64,000 bases of DNA from Nitrososphaeraceae archaeon (GCA_025922715.1 JAICHH010000001.1:1266-65265); one strand, 5' to 3'; positions 10,456 to 19,733 are shown, counted from the first letter of the stretch. Notes: generated by a model not told the origin, from the letters alone. Program-made: numbers and translations.

Positions 10456-10729
10456 TTGAAAGAAGAAGAATCTTGGAATTTTATAAGGTCTGTCTGTCAA
10501 GAATTGGATGAATTAGTTAATCTAAGAAAAGTAAAATTCCTATCTGGCTTTCATAGTGAAAGAGAAGGTTCATATAAGATTTATCTTAAGTGCAGCAAAA
10601 TTCATCTTTCATTCAAGAGGAATTTTTGATAAGATTGGAGATATTGAATATCAAAATAATAAACTCAGAATAGGATTTAGTAGTAATAAAATACCATTAA
10701 ATCTTATTATTTATATGACAAATACTTAA
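10456..10729 (+). pseudogene. frameshifted ~90-aa hypothetical protein
   Basis: Frame A from TTG 10456 (MKEEESWNFIRSVCQELDELVNLRKVKFLSGFHSEREGSYKIYL..) stops at 10629; the +1 frame is open from 10535 and reads SAAKFIFHSRGIFDKIGDIEYQNNKLRIGFSSNKIPLNLIIYMTNT to TAA 10729. Confidence 0.6.
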
Positions 10730-10747
10730 TCCTTACAGATTTGTTAT

Positions 10748-11104
10748 TTAGGACGAATTGTTATTAATACTTTCGAGAAATTTTTGTAGATGAGTAACTA
10801 GGTCTTTTAAAACCTCAATTTTCCTCGCTGGATTATTTGCATAAGTTATAACATCATTAATGAATACATCAATTTCAATTATTTCTTCTCCTAAGACTTC
10901 GATTCCTTTAGAAGTTAGTAAATAGGATTTTCCTGGTATTCCATACTGAATACCTGATAAAAAATAGCTTTGATTTTCATCCATTTTTTCGCTAGTACTT
11001 CTATATTCGTTTATTACTATACGACTAGCATTTTGAATATCGTTTTCAATTTGATTAATCTTTTTTGTTAACCCGTTAATACATTCTAAAAGCTCCGAAA
11101 TCAC
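10748..11104 (-). CDS. hypothetical protein
   Basis: 118-aa ORF, GTG start, co-oriented downstream of the PadR gene. Confidence 0.7.
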   Translation of the reverse strand: MISELLECINGLTKKINQIENDIQNASRIVINEYRSTSEKMDENQSYFLSGIQYGIPGKSYLLTSKGIEVLGEEIIEIDVFINDVITYANNPARKIEVLKDLVTHLQKFLESINNNSS

Positions 11105-11180
11105 AGTACTCTTTGATATTGATCTTCTTTAAGCATTTATAACTTTCCTTATGATATCTAATCAAAATAAAATTAAAATT

Positions 11181-11669
11181 TTATCTTAATTCCTTTTCTT
11201 GCTTTTCGATCTTTTTTAATTCTGTAATTAAAAATTCTTTATACTTTTCACGTTCCTGTTCAGTCATTTTATCCAAATTAGAACTCAATGTGGATCCTAT
11301 AGATGATATTCTATCAATTAGATCCATAGCCATAAATCTTCCTATACTTCCAAACCTAAACATTACATCCAATTGTTTTTGTAATATCTTTTGTATAGAT
11401 TGAATATCTTCTGCAATTCCAACACCTTTGTGTGTAACTTTGTATTTTCCATTTTCTGTCTCTGAAATTAACCCTTCCTCTAATAATCTGCCTAGCATGG
11501 GATAAATAAGACCTGGAGATGGTTTCCATTTTCCTTCGCTTTCATAAATTGCAAAATCTATAATTTCTTTGCCGCTCATTGGTTTCTCTTTTAACAAGTT
11601 TAAAATATACTGTCTAGAGAACCCTCTGGGGATAACACTGTTTACTCTTGAAAACCAATGGGAAATCAT
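11181..11669 (-). CDS. PadR-family transcriptional regulator
   Basis: PRGFSRQYILNLLKEKPMSGKEII..WKPSPGLIYPMLGRLLEEGLI..YKVTHKG. Confidence 0.9.
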   Translation of the reverse strand: MISHWFSRVNSVIPRGFSRQYILNLLKEKPMSGKEIIDFAIYESEGKWKPSPGLIYPMLGRLLEEGLISETENGKYKVTHKGVGIAEDIQSIQKILQKQLDVMFRFGSIGRFMAMDLIDRISSIGSTLSSNLDKMTEQEREKYKEFLITELKKIEKQEKELR

Positions 11670-11888
11670 ATATTCATAATATCACTAGCGATTTATTAAT
11701 ATTTCTTTCCAACAAGTTCTGCTGCGTAAGTGAATGATTCTTTAACCCCCTCCAGGTCAGATGATAATGGTTTAGATTATTCAATTACTGAAAATGGAAT
11801 AGATGAATTTACAAATAAATAGAGGATTATTTGAGCTCTTGAGATAACTTTTGATATTTCTATTATTTTAAAATTTGTAAATAAGGAG

Positions 11889-12155
11889 GTGAACAAAAAA
11901 CTGAATTCGAAGGATTTCATACATGAAGACGTAAAATTAATTTCAGGTTATATCGCAGACCCCAAACTGAAAGAAGAAGCAATATACGATATATTAAGAG
12001 ATAATTGTAAATAACTTTATCACAAATTTACCCAACAGGATAAGACAACAAAGAAATAATACAGAAATGGAATAGTAGTGCCTATATATAAGAAACATAT
12101 CAGCGGTCGAGTAACCCGTTACTCATGTATCATAGTCTTCTCTTCCTTTGTATAA
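11889..12155 (+). pseudogene. interrupted reading frame of unknown family
   Basis: VNKKLNSKDFIHEDVKLISGYIADPKLKEEAIYDILRDNCK*LYHKFTQQDKTTKK*YRNGIVVPIYKKHISGRVTRY.. in one frame with two internal TAA; ends approximate. Confidence 0.35.
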
Positions 12156-12159
12156 TCTT

Positions 12160-12330
12160 TAATTTTTTTTTATACTTTTATTTCTACATTATTGGCTTTT
12201 ATACTTATTTTCCATCTAAGATATCTCCGTTAGATAATTCAATCATCTTTACTATGCTTTCGGGGATTGTTGTTCTTAATGACGGTGAGTTAGGTCTTGC
12301 TGATGTTGCTTTAGTAATAAATTATGCCAT
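12160..12330 (-). pseudogene. AbrB/MazE/SpoVT-type DNA-binding protein pseudogene
   Basis: ATG 12330: MA*FITKATSARPNSPSLRTTIPESIVKMIELSNGDIL, then after a 1-nt frameshift WKISIKANNVEIKV*; matches the SLxxTIPxxIxxxLxLxxGDxLxW swapped-hairpin pattern. Confidence 0.72.
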
Positions 12331-12360
12331 AGTTCTTTTATAAATTAAATATTATAGTAA

Positions 12361-12420
12361 TCTACCTACATGTAGGCAATATATTTATGAATTTTTATAT
12401 ACATACTATTTGTAGGTAGA
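12361..12420. promoter_or_regulatory. inverted-repeat operator-like site between divergent pseudogenes
   Basis: TCTACCTACA (12361-12370) / TGTAGGTAGA (12411-12420) perfect 10-bp IR, plus palindrome CCTACATGTAGG (12365-12376). Confidence 0.45.
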
Positions 12421-12537
12421 TGCATAAAAAAATAATGTATATTTTTTCCAAGTTCTCAAAGTATTAAGAGAAAAATCAGCAGAAGATCGCGAAGGTAATA
12501 TAACTATAAAGATATTCACAACTAGATTTCTGTATGT

Positions 12538-12885
12538 AGATTTGATAATGCACGAGTTAAAACAATTAGTATAAGAGAAGATTTACGATTATTTGAACTT
12601 AAAAATGGTAAGCTAATATTTCCATAAGCTAGTTCAGATGAATTTTATGAAATAACAAAAAAACGATTTGGAAAAAAGAGATAACATTTCAGATATATTA
12701 ATGAATATTAAACTGTAGAAATTGATAGTAAGAATGGTTACAAGTTAAAAACAACATTGCCAATAACGAATATACTTTCTCTGAACGGTGTAAACAAATC
12801 TCTTAAGAATCGATTATTCAATAGACTAAAGGTTTATTTTGGAACAAAATTGGATGTCATCAGTCGATTAGCAGCACCTACCTAA
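12538..12885 (+). pseudogene. interrupted reading frame of unknown family
   Basis: RFDNARVKTISIREDLRLFELKNGKLIFP*ASSDEFYEITKKRFGKKR*HFRYINEY*TVEIDSKNGYKLKTTLPITNILSLNGVNKSLKNRLFNRLKVYFGTKLDVISRLAAPT*: ~115 codons with three internal TAA. Confidence 0.4.
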
Positions 12886-12982
12886 ATCAGTAGGATACTC
12901 AGCAGAACTTTTCAGTGGATCTAACATTAGTATAATGAAGCATTAAAAAAATATATATTGAATTTTATTAAATGTTTTATTA

Positions 12983-13141
12983 ATGACTATGAAATGTCCA
13001 GTGTGCGGAAACATTATGATATGGCTAAATGGGTCTATTAGTCATGATCCTCCAGTTAAATATTATTCTTGCAGAGAATGTATGATAGGCGTCTCTAAAT
13101 TTTCTGAAACTAATTACGACATTTATGAAATCAAAAATTAA
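12983..13141 (+). CDS. 52-aa zinc-ribbon micro-protein (CPVCG...CREC)
   Basis: Manual translation MTMKCPVCGNIMIWLNGSISHDPPVKYYSCRECMIGVSKFSETNYDIYEIKN; absent from the ORF track. Confidence 0.75.
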   Translation: MTMKCPVCGNIMIWLNGSISHDPPVKYYSCRECMIGVSKFSETNYDIYEIKN

Positions 13142-13194
13142 CATGTAACTTTTCAAATCTATTTATTAATTAATAAATCTGTTAAAGTAGTGAG

Positions 13195-14067
13195 ATGCAT
13201 AATAAAAGAAAAATCTCTCTAAGAGAACGTCTAGCGGATACTAATGATATTATAATCCTTCCAGGGGTATATGATGCTTTAACCGCTAAAATTGCCGAGG
13301 ATGTAGGATTTGAAACGGCCTTTCAAACAGGGTATGGTACTTCAGCCTCTCTGTTAGGAATGCCCGATTTTGGATTCTTGAATGCTGGTGAAACTTTGGA
13401 AAATGCAAAAAGAATTATTAATTCTGTAAATATTCCGATTCTAGTTGATATAGATACAGGATATGGAAATCCTTTAAATGTTTGGAAAATTGTTAAAGAT
13501 TTAGAAAGAATCGGCGCAAAAGGAATTTTCTTAGAAGATCAAGTATGGCCTAAAAGATGTGGTCATATGACTGGCAAAACAGTTATTCCAAAAGAGGAAT
13601 ATATTCTCAAATTAAATGCTGCCATGGATGCAAGAGAAGATAATGAATTTATCATAGTCGCAAGAACGGATTCCCTTGCACAATTTGGAATTGAAGAAGC
13701 GATAGAAAGAGGAAAAGAGTACAAAAGAATTGGAGCTGATGTCATTTTTATAGAAGCACCCAAAAGTATCGACCAAATGGAATTGATTGCAAAAGAAATT
13801 AAGGCTCCTTTATTAGCAAATATGATTGAAGAAGGAATAACCCCTAATCTAACTGCTGATCAACTAAGAAAAATAGGCTTTAAAATGGTCGTTTTTCCAT
13901 TATCTGCACTATATTCAGCTACTTTTGCAATAAAACAAACCCTTCAAACCTTAAAGAAAACAGGTACAACTAAAGAATTGAAAAATAAAATGATTACTTT
14001 TCAAGAATTCAATGATCTTGTCAACTTATCTGTATATAGGAAATTAGAAAAAAAATACTCTTCTTAG
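13195..14067 (+). CDS. prpB: isocitrate lyase/PEP mutase family enzyme, probably 2-methylisocitrate lyase
   Basis: PGVYDAL, GMPDFG, VDIDTGYG, LEDQVWPKRCGH, VARTD. Confidence 0.8.
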   Translation: MHNKRKISLRERLADTNDIIILPGVYDALTAKIAEDVGFETAFQTGYGTSASLLGMPDFGFLNAGETLENAKRIINSVNIPILVDIDTGYGNPLNVWKIVKDLERIGAKGIFLEDQVWPKRCGHMTGKTVIPKEEYILKLNAAMDAREDNEFIIVARTDSLAQFGIEEAIERGKEYKRIGADVIFIEAPKSIDQMELIAKEIKAPLLANMIEEGITPNLTADQLRKIGFKMVVFPLSALYSATFAIKQTLQTLKKTGTTKELKNKMITFQEFNDLVNLSVYRKLEKKYSS

Positions 14068-14152
14068 ACCCTATTTTTTTCTAATCGATTGTTTTAATTC
14101 ACTATACTCAATAATTATATAAAATACTGATTTAGTATTATAATAGCCAGTA

Positions 14153-15568
14153 ATGCAAAAAATAAAACCAGATCTTATTGAATATATCTCAATTTTGAAA
14201 AAGAATGTGAAAATAAATAATTATGATCCTATCTATAAATTAGACAATAAAATAAAACTGAATAGAAATACTAAAAAAAATGTATGGATTGAAGCCTATG
14301 GATGCTCGGCCAATATTGCAGATTCAGAAATTATAGCCGGCACATTAAATAGTCATGGGTATAATATAGTGAATTGTATTGATGACTCAGATCTTAATAT
14401 AATTGTAACATGTTCAGTTAAAGATTCTACGGAACATAAAATGCTTCACCGCATTCAGCAATTAACTGGAGACAATAAACCATTACTAGTAGCAGGATGT
14501 CTTACAAAAACAGAACGAAAAAAAATAGAAAAGATTAATCCAAACGTCGGCTTATTAGGTCCAAATTCCTTAGATAGATCAGTCGAAGCTGTTAATCTTA
14601 CATTGTCAAATAATAAAATTGTATTTCTTGATGATTCATCTGCTGAGAAAGTAAACTTACCCAAGTTAAGAGTGAATAAATCTATTAGTATTGTAGAAAT
14701 TGCATCAGGTTGTTTAAGTAATTGTTCCTTTTGTCAGACCAAAATTTCAAAGGGTAATCTTAAAAGTTATCGACCTGGGTCTATAATTAGCCAAATAAAA
14801 AATGATGTTAAAGATGGTTGTAATGAAATATGGTTAACGTCAACTGACAACGGCTGTTATGGAAAAGATATAAAGTCAAATTTAGTTGAATTGCTAAAAT
14901 TATGTACTAAAATAGAGGGGAATTATAAACTTCGAATTGGAATGCTGAATCCGATGTATTTATCTGAGATATTATACGACCTTATCTTAGTATATAAAAA
15001 TGAAGAAAAAATATTTAAATTCTTGCATATACCAGTCCAAAGTGGCAGTAATAAAATTTTAAAACAGATGTATAGAGGTCATGATATTGAAATTTTTAAA
15101 AAGACTATAAACGAGTTTCGAAAATCTATTCCTGAAATTACAATAGCGACTGATGTTATAGTAGGTTTTCCAAATGAGACAGAAGAGGACTTTAAATTGA
15201 CTATGGATTTAATTAGAGAGACTGAGCCAGATATCATAAATATATCAAAATATAGTCAGAGGTCGGGTACAGTTTCTTCAAGGTTAAAGAATATATCTTC
15301 TGATCAAAGAAAAATTCGTTCTACAATTTTACATAGTCTTTCTCGTGATATATCAAGAAGAAGGAATACTCTCTGGAAAGGATGGATAGGCGATGTATAT
15401 ATCGATGAAATAACAAATACGTTAGTTCAGGGAAGAAATTACGCATATAAATCAGTGATTATAAATAACGCTAATACATTAAACCTAAGATTTGGACAAA
15501 TAATTAAGGTCAAGGTGGTTGATTCTTCTCAATATTCACTTTTTGCTGAATTCTTAGATTTTAAATAG
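14153..15568 (+). CDS. tRNA methylthiotransferase (radical SAM, archaeal e-MtaB/CDKAL1 type)
   Basis: YGCSANIADSE, VTCSV, AGCL, GCLSNCSFC CxxxCxxC, HIPVQSGS, TRAM-like C-terminus. Confidence 0.9.
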   Translation: MQKIKPDLIEYISILKKNVKINNYDPIYKLDNKIKLNRNTKKNVWIEAYGCSANIADSEIIAGTLNSHGYNIVNCIDDSDLNIIVTCSVKDSTEHKMLHRIQQLTGDNKPLLVAGCLTKTERKKIEKINPNVGLLGPNSLDRSVEAVNLTLSNNKIVFLDDSSAEKVNLPKLRVNKSISIVEIASGCLSNCSFCQTKISKGNLKSYRPGSIISQIKNDVKDGCNEIWLTSTDNGCYGKDIKSNLVELLKLCTKIEGNYKLRIGMLNPMYLSEILYDLILVYKNEEKIFKFLHIPVQSGSNKILKQMYRGHDIEIFKKTINEFRKSIPEITIATDVIVGFPNETEEDFKLTMDLIRETEPDIINISKYSQRSGTVSSRLKNISSDQRKIRSTILHSLSRDISRRRNTLWKGWIGDVYIDEITNTLVQGRNYAYKSVIINNANTLNLRFGQIIKVKVVDSSQYSLFAEFLDFK

Positions 15569-15700
15569 GATTACGTAATAGATTTGTTAATGAGTAGTAT
15601 TAAATTGTTTTATATGTGACCATTAGGAAGTATTATATAATCCATAAATTTTCCTTGTAAATATAAAAACAAATTTATATATTAAAATTATTTATTATGT

Positions 15701-15880
15701 ATGTTCTGCAGTTGCAGATGTATGAAATGTAAAAGTATAAATTTAGAATATTTTGCGTTTAAAGCTTCTGATGGATTTGAAGAAGTTCATCATACATGTA
15801 GATCGTGTAAAACTCATTTTAATCATCTTGATGGCGATACCTATGATCATTGTGAACAATGCAATTATAATGATAAATAA
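15701..15880 (+). CDS. 59-aa Cys/His-rich metal-binding micro-protein
   Basis: Manual translation MFCSCRCMKCKSINLEYFAFKASDGFEEVHHTCRSCKTHFNHLDGDTYDHCEQCNYNDK (8 Cys, 5 His); absent from the ORF track. Confidence 0.75.
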   Translation: MFCSCRCMKCKSINLEYFAFKASDGFEEVHHTCRSCKTHFNHLDGDTYDHCEQCNYNDK

Positions 15881-16142
15881 TTTAAGTCTAGATTACGTTT
15901 TAAAACTATCAGTTAATTTTTTATGGTATAATCCATTACATTGATTCTTTTCAACAATTTTAACATTCTTGATATCTTGTATATTTTTACTTGTCTTCAA
16001 GAATTCAAAACACAAATTACACAGTTCTACCATACTTTAAACTTGATTTACTTTTATATTATATTTTACGCAGTTTAATTATTTATACCCTGACTATTAC
16101 ATATCAACACTTAAAAGTAAGAAATAGGATTCTTTTACTGGA

Positions 16143-16301
16143 ATGCCCGCCCGAAAAAATACATCTAGAAAAAAAAGATTAATTAGGAAAATTAAACAGA
16201 ATAGGCCTGTACCGGCATGGGTTATTATTAAGACACATAGACAAGTCCGATCCAATCCAAAACGTAGACTATGGAGAAGATCCGATGTTAACGTAGGATA
16301 A
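16143..16301 (+). CDS. rpl39e: 50S ribosomal protein L39e
   Basis: [52 protein letters not shown], directly upstream of rpl31e; absent from the ORF track. Confidence 0.96.
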   Translation: MPARKNTSRKKRLIRKIKQNRPVPAWVIIKTHRQVRSNPKRRLWRRSDVNVG

Positions 16302-16318
16302 TGAATGGTGATTTATGA

Positions 16319-16633
16319 ATGTCAAAATCTGATGAGAATTCAACTCATGTATATACTATTAATTTAGGAAAGGCTTGGTTAACTCCTCAATATCGACGAA
16401 CTGATAGAGTAATTAATATGATTAAGGAATTCGCCAAACGTCATATGAAAAATGAGAATATAAAAATAGATCAAGAGTTAAATAAAGAAATCTGGAAACA
16501 AGGCAAAACAAATCCACCAAGAAAAGTACGTGTACGAATGTCCCTTGATGATAACGTTGTTTTAGTGTCATCCTATCAAGAAAGTTTAAAAGAAAGCGAA
16601 GTAAAGAAGGACGAAAATAAGGACAGTACTTAA
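16319..16633 (+). CDS. rpl31e: 50S ribosomal protein L31e
   Basis: YTINLGK..RRTDRVINMIKEFAKRHMK..LNKEIWKQGKTNPPRKVRV. Confidence 0.95.
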   Translation: MSKSDENSTHVYTINLGKAWLTPQYRRTDRVINMIKEFAKRHMKNENIKIDQELNKEIWKQGKTNPPRKVRVRMSLDDNVVLVSSYQESLKESEVKKDENKDST

Positions 16634-16734
16634 ACAGATACTAACCTATATATTTTCTACCCTTAAATACTGGTTTTTAAATATTATTTCTATTACCATT
16701 TATATTTTATCATTACAAGTTTCCTTAAAATCCA

Positions 16735-17043
16735 TTAAATAAATGGGATTTCCCTAGATGATGATTTATCATTTTCCTCAGGATGAATTCTATGTTTTCT
16801 AGCCAATAATAATAATATTCCACTAAACAAAAGTAATACTAGTGCTAACCCCTGAGCTCCTCCATTAGGAATAAAAATCAGATAAGTAACTGAAAATACA
16901 ATACATGAAAAAGCCTGTAGACAGTATTGGATTGATGCTACTAACTTAGCTTTTTTTGCAAAAAATGTAATTCCAAATAATGCAATACTAGGATAAATTG
17001 TTAGTAAAATAAACTGGTCAATATCTATTTCATTATGTGTCAA
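16735..17043 (-). CDS. small membrane protein (about 3 TM)
   Basis: Three hydrophobic segments in a 102-aa ORF. Confidence 0.65.
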   Translation of the reverse strand: MTHNEIDIDQFILLTIYPSIALFGITFFAKKAKLVASIQYCLQAFSCIVFSVTYLIFIPNGGAQGLALVLLLFSGILLLLARKHRIHPEENDKSSSREIPFI

Positions 17044-17093
17044 TATTTTAATGAATATTATTCATAATATTTTTCTTTCCGTCGAATTAAATA

Positions 17094-17675
17094 TTAATCA
17101 AAGATAGGAGCGATCTCAGTTGCAGTTTTATTATTAACAAGAGATAATGCATTTTCAAAAGGTAAGTTTGCCACATCATCAACGCTAAAAGGGCCATATT
17201 TATACATATCAACTCCAACAAATTGCTCCATTGGTTTTACAAACATAATTAGTAATTTTTTTTGTTTTATTGTATCTGTTATTTTTTCTAAAATCTTTGA
17301 CTGGCCATTGGTTATTAAGGTAGTTATTTCTTTTCTCTTTCTTTTTGACTGAATTTCTCCATCGATTATAAATTTTTCTTCATCTGTCATTTTAGAATAC
17401 CCTATCTCTAAATTTGATTTTATATTTCCTATAAGGATTTTTTCGATTCTGATTTGCAGTAAAAGATTCGATATTATCGATAAATTTTCAATAATTTTTT
17501 GCATAATTCTTTTTTCAAGAATCTCATACTCTTTTGCCTTTAAATTTCCAATTGTAATAGCTAATCTCTGATATGTATCATAAGGTATTTCTTGTAGTGA
17601 AGAAATTTGATATTCTTTTAAAAGAATATTATATGCCATTTCTAATGTGAAGTTCTCTTCCAAATTATCAGACAT
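17094..17675 (-). CDS. GINS complex subunit (Gins51/Psf1-Sld5 type, A-B domain order)
   Basis: E..SLQEIP..TY, R..KI, MTDEEK helical domain, then FVGVDMYKYGPFSVDDVANLPFENALSLV beta domain. Confidence 0.75.
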   Translation of the reverse strand: MSDNLEENFTLEMAYNILLKEYQISSLQEIPYDTYQRLAITIGNLKAKEYEILEKRIMQKIIENLSIISNLLLQIRIEKILIGNIKSNLEIGYSKMTDEEKFIIDGEIQSKRKRKEITTLITNGQSKILEKITDTIKQKKLLIMFVKPMEQFVGVDMYKYGPFSVDDVANLPFENALSLVNNKTATEIAPIFD

Positions 17676-17776
17676 TCATTTAATATGGTATCTGAATTAA
17701 GTTATAAATAATTCCATTTTTCTATTTAAATTTCTGAAAGCCTTAATTATGAGATCCTTAATTATAACCAACTGAT

Positions 17777-19243
17777 TTGCCATATAGGATTATTGAAGGA
17801 AAAATTGAACAACAACATTTTAGCACTGATGATGTTATGGATAAATTAGAAAAAGACGATATCAAGTTTATAGATTTACAATTTACTGGACTTTATGGAA
17901 AATTTCATCATATTACTATTTCTGCAAATATGTTTAAAAAAACTGATTTTGAAAATGGATTACCAAAAGTTGATGGTTCTTCAATTCGTGGATTTACTGA
18001 AATTCATGAATCTGATTTAATTGTTAGACCAGACCCTTCTACTTATGCTATAATTCCTTGGATAGAGAAATACAAAACATGCAGATTGATTTGCGATATT
18101 TTAAGAGGAGGATCTAATAGAATACAATTTTTGCGGGATCCTCGAGGTATAGCAAAGAAAGCTGAAAAATATGTTAATGAGAATGGTTATTCGTTATCAT
18201 ATTGGGGACCAGAAGTCGAATTTTTTGTTTTTGATAAATTGTTAGTAAATACCCTTACCCCATATCATGGTCAAAGTTATGAAATAATTTCAAAAGAATC
18301 TCCTTGGGCTTCTGATGGCTTTGGATATACCATTAATTTAAAGGAAGGTTACCTTCCTAGTGCTCCAGGGGATAGTTTAATAGGTTTCCGCAATGAATGT
18401 GTCGATATTCTTAGCAATAATTTTGGTATTGCATGTGATGCACATCATCATGAAGTTGCAACAGCTGGACAATGTGAAATAGATATAAGATATGATACAT
18501 TAGTAAATGCTGCAGATTCTGTCCAAAGTTATAAATTTATTGTAAAAAATGTTGCCAGAAAACACAACATGATAGCTACTATGATGCCAAAGCCAATAGC
18601 ACTTGATAATGGATCTGGTTTACATGTTAATATCAGTCTTTGGAATGATAACACCAACTTATTTTTCGACCAAAATGATGAATATGCTGAAATTTCTGAA
18701 TTGGCTCGATATTTTTGTGGAGGTATATTAGAGCATTCTTTTGCACTTGCCGCAATTGTAGCCCCGACAACCAACTCATATAGACGATTAGTTCCAGGAT
18801 ATGAAGCTCCTGTGTATGTTGCTTGGAGTACTGGTAATAGATCAGCTATAATACGTATTCCAGGACATTTTAGAGGAGAAAAATTTGCGTATATGAAAAG
18901 GATTGAATTTCGTGCTCCTGATCCCTCGTGTAATCCATATCTAGCTTTTTCTTGTATTGTTGCAGCTGGATTAGATGGAATAAAGAAAAAAACATCTATA
19001 GGTGATCCTATTGATGAAGATATTTTCAAAATGACCTCCAAACGAAGACGTCAACTTGGAATAAAACAATTACCAACTAGTTTATTAGAGGCGTCTGAGG
19101 CTTTAGACTCCGATAGAGAGTTTCTTAAACCAGTATTTGATGGCTCAGTAATTGAGAGATTGATAGAGCATTCAACAAATGAATATAGAGAAGTTACTTT
19201 AAGACCTCATCCACATGAATTTTCTTTATATGCAGATGTATAA
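17777..19243 (+). CDS. glnA: glutamine synthetase type I
   Basis: DGSSIRGF, GPEVEFF, HHHEVATAGQCEI, MPKP..NGSGLH, NSYRRLVPGYEAP, RIEFRAPDPSCNPYL. Confidence 0.97.
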   Translation: MPYRIIEGKIEQQHFSTDDVMDKLEKDDIKFIDLQFTGLYGKFHHITISANMFKKTDFENGLPKVDGSSIRGFTEIHESDLIVRPDPSTYAIIPWIEKYKTCRLICDILRGGSNRIQFLRDPRGIAKKAEKYVNENGYSLSYWGPEVEFFVFDKLLVNTLTPYHGQSYEIISKESPWASDGFGYTINLKEGYLPSAPGDSLIGFRNECVDILSNNFGIACDAHHHEVATAGQCEIDIRYDTLVNAADSVQSYKFIVKNVARKHNMIATMMPKPIALDNGSGLHVNISLWNDNTNLFFDQNDEYAEISELARYFCGGILEHSFALAAIVAPTTNSYRRLVPGYEAPVYVAWSTGNRSAIIRIPGHFRGEKFAYMKRIEFRAPDPSCNPYLAFSCIVAAGLDGIKKKTSIGDPIDEDIFKMTSKRRRQLGIKQLPTSLLEASEALDSDREFLKPVFDGSVIERLIEHSTNEYREVTLRPHPHEFSLYADV

Positions 19244-19300
19244 GTATAAGAACTTCAGATATTGTTAATTAATAATTAATTTATTAATTATTTTGTATTC

Positions 19301-19585
19301 TTAAAGGTCATCAATTTTCTTTGCCAATATAAAGTCATATTCACTTATCCCATTAACTTTGTGTGTAGATAAAAAAATTTTCACTTTGTTAAAAACATTA
19401 AATAATTCTGGATGATGATCTAGTTTTTCTGATTCTAATGCTATCTTGGTAATAAAACCAAAGGCTTGAGTAAAATTTTTAAATTCAAAAGATTTACATA
19501 ATTTACCTTGGTCGATTTGCCAGTTTCTTATTTCTTTTAACTTTACTTCAATTTCATTATCAGAAAGTTTTTTATAATTATTCAA
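19301..19585 (-). CDS. pterin-4-alpha-carbinolamine dehydratase
   Basis: FKNFTQAFGF..EKLDHHPE..LSTH..GISEYDFILAKKID. Confidence 0.92.
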   Translation of the reverse strand: MNNYKKLSDNEIEVKLKEIRNWQIDQGKLCKSFEFKNFTQAFGFITKIALESEKLDHHPELFNVFNKVKIFLSTHKVNGISEYDFILAKKIDDL

Positions 19586-19733
19586 CTAAAAATACTTACT
19601 TGATTACTATTAATGTATTTTACTATACTTGTTGATTACAGTAAAAAATTTTACTTTGTCTCCTCTCTTCGTAGAATAGATTCATTTTTTGATAATCGAA
19701 ATATAAATAAAGCAGATAAATACTCTTCCGTGT

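Larger units (their letters stand above)
11714..12910. mobile_element. decayed island / putative mobile-element relic bounded by 15-bp imperfect inverted repeats
   Basis: AAGTTCTGCTGCGTA (11714-11728) vs TACTCAGCAGAACTT (12896-12910), 14/15 reverse-complement match; the interior holds only interrupted reading frames. Confidence 0.35.

Noticed and set aside
11730-11792. Possible C/D-box sRNA (ATGATT..CAGA TGATA..CTGA)
   Set aside because: The C box is a poor match and no guide target could be identified
12125-12343. 72-aa hydrophobic ORF on the + strand
   Set aside because: Antisense shadow of the AbrB-like pseudogene plus T-rich sequence
15753-16182. ORFs 15753-15944 and 15991-16182
   Set aside because: Off-frame overlaps of the Cys-rich micro-protein and rpl39e; no recognisable motifs
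18529-19041. 170-aa antisense ORF within glnA, and the other antisense/nested ORFs in the track
   Set aside because: Shadows of well-conserved genes on the opposite strand or frame
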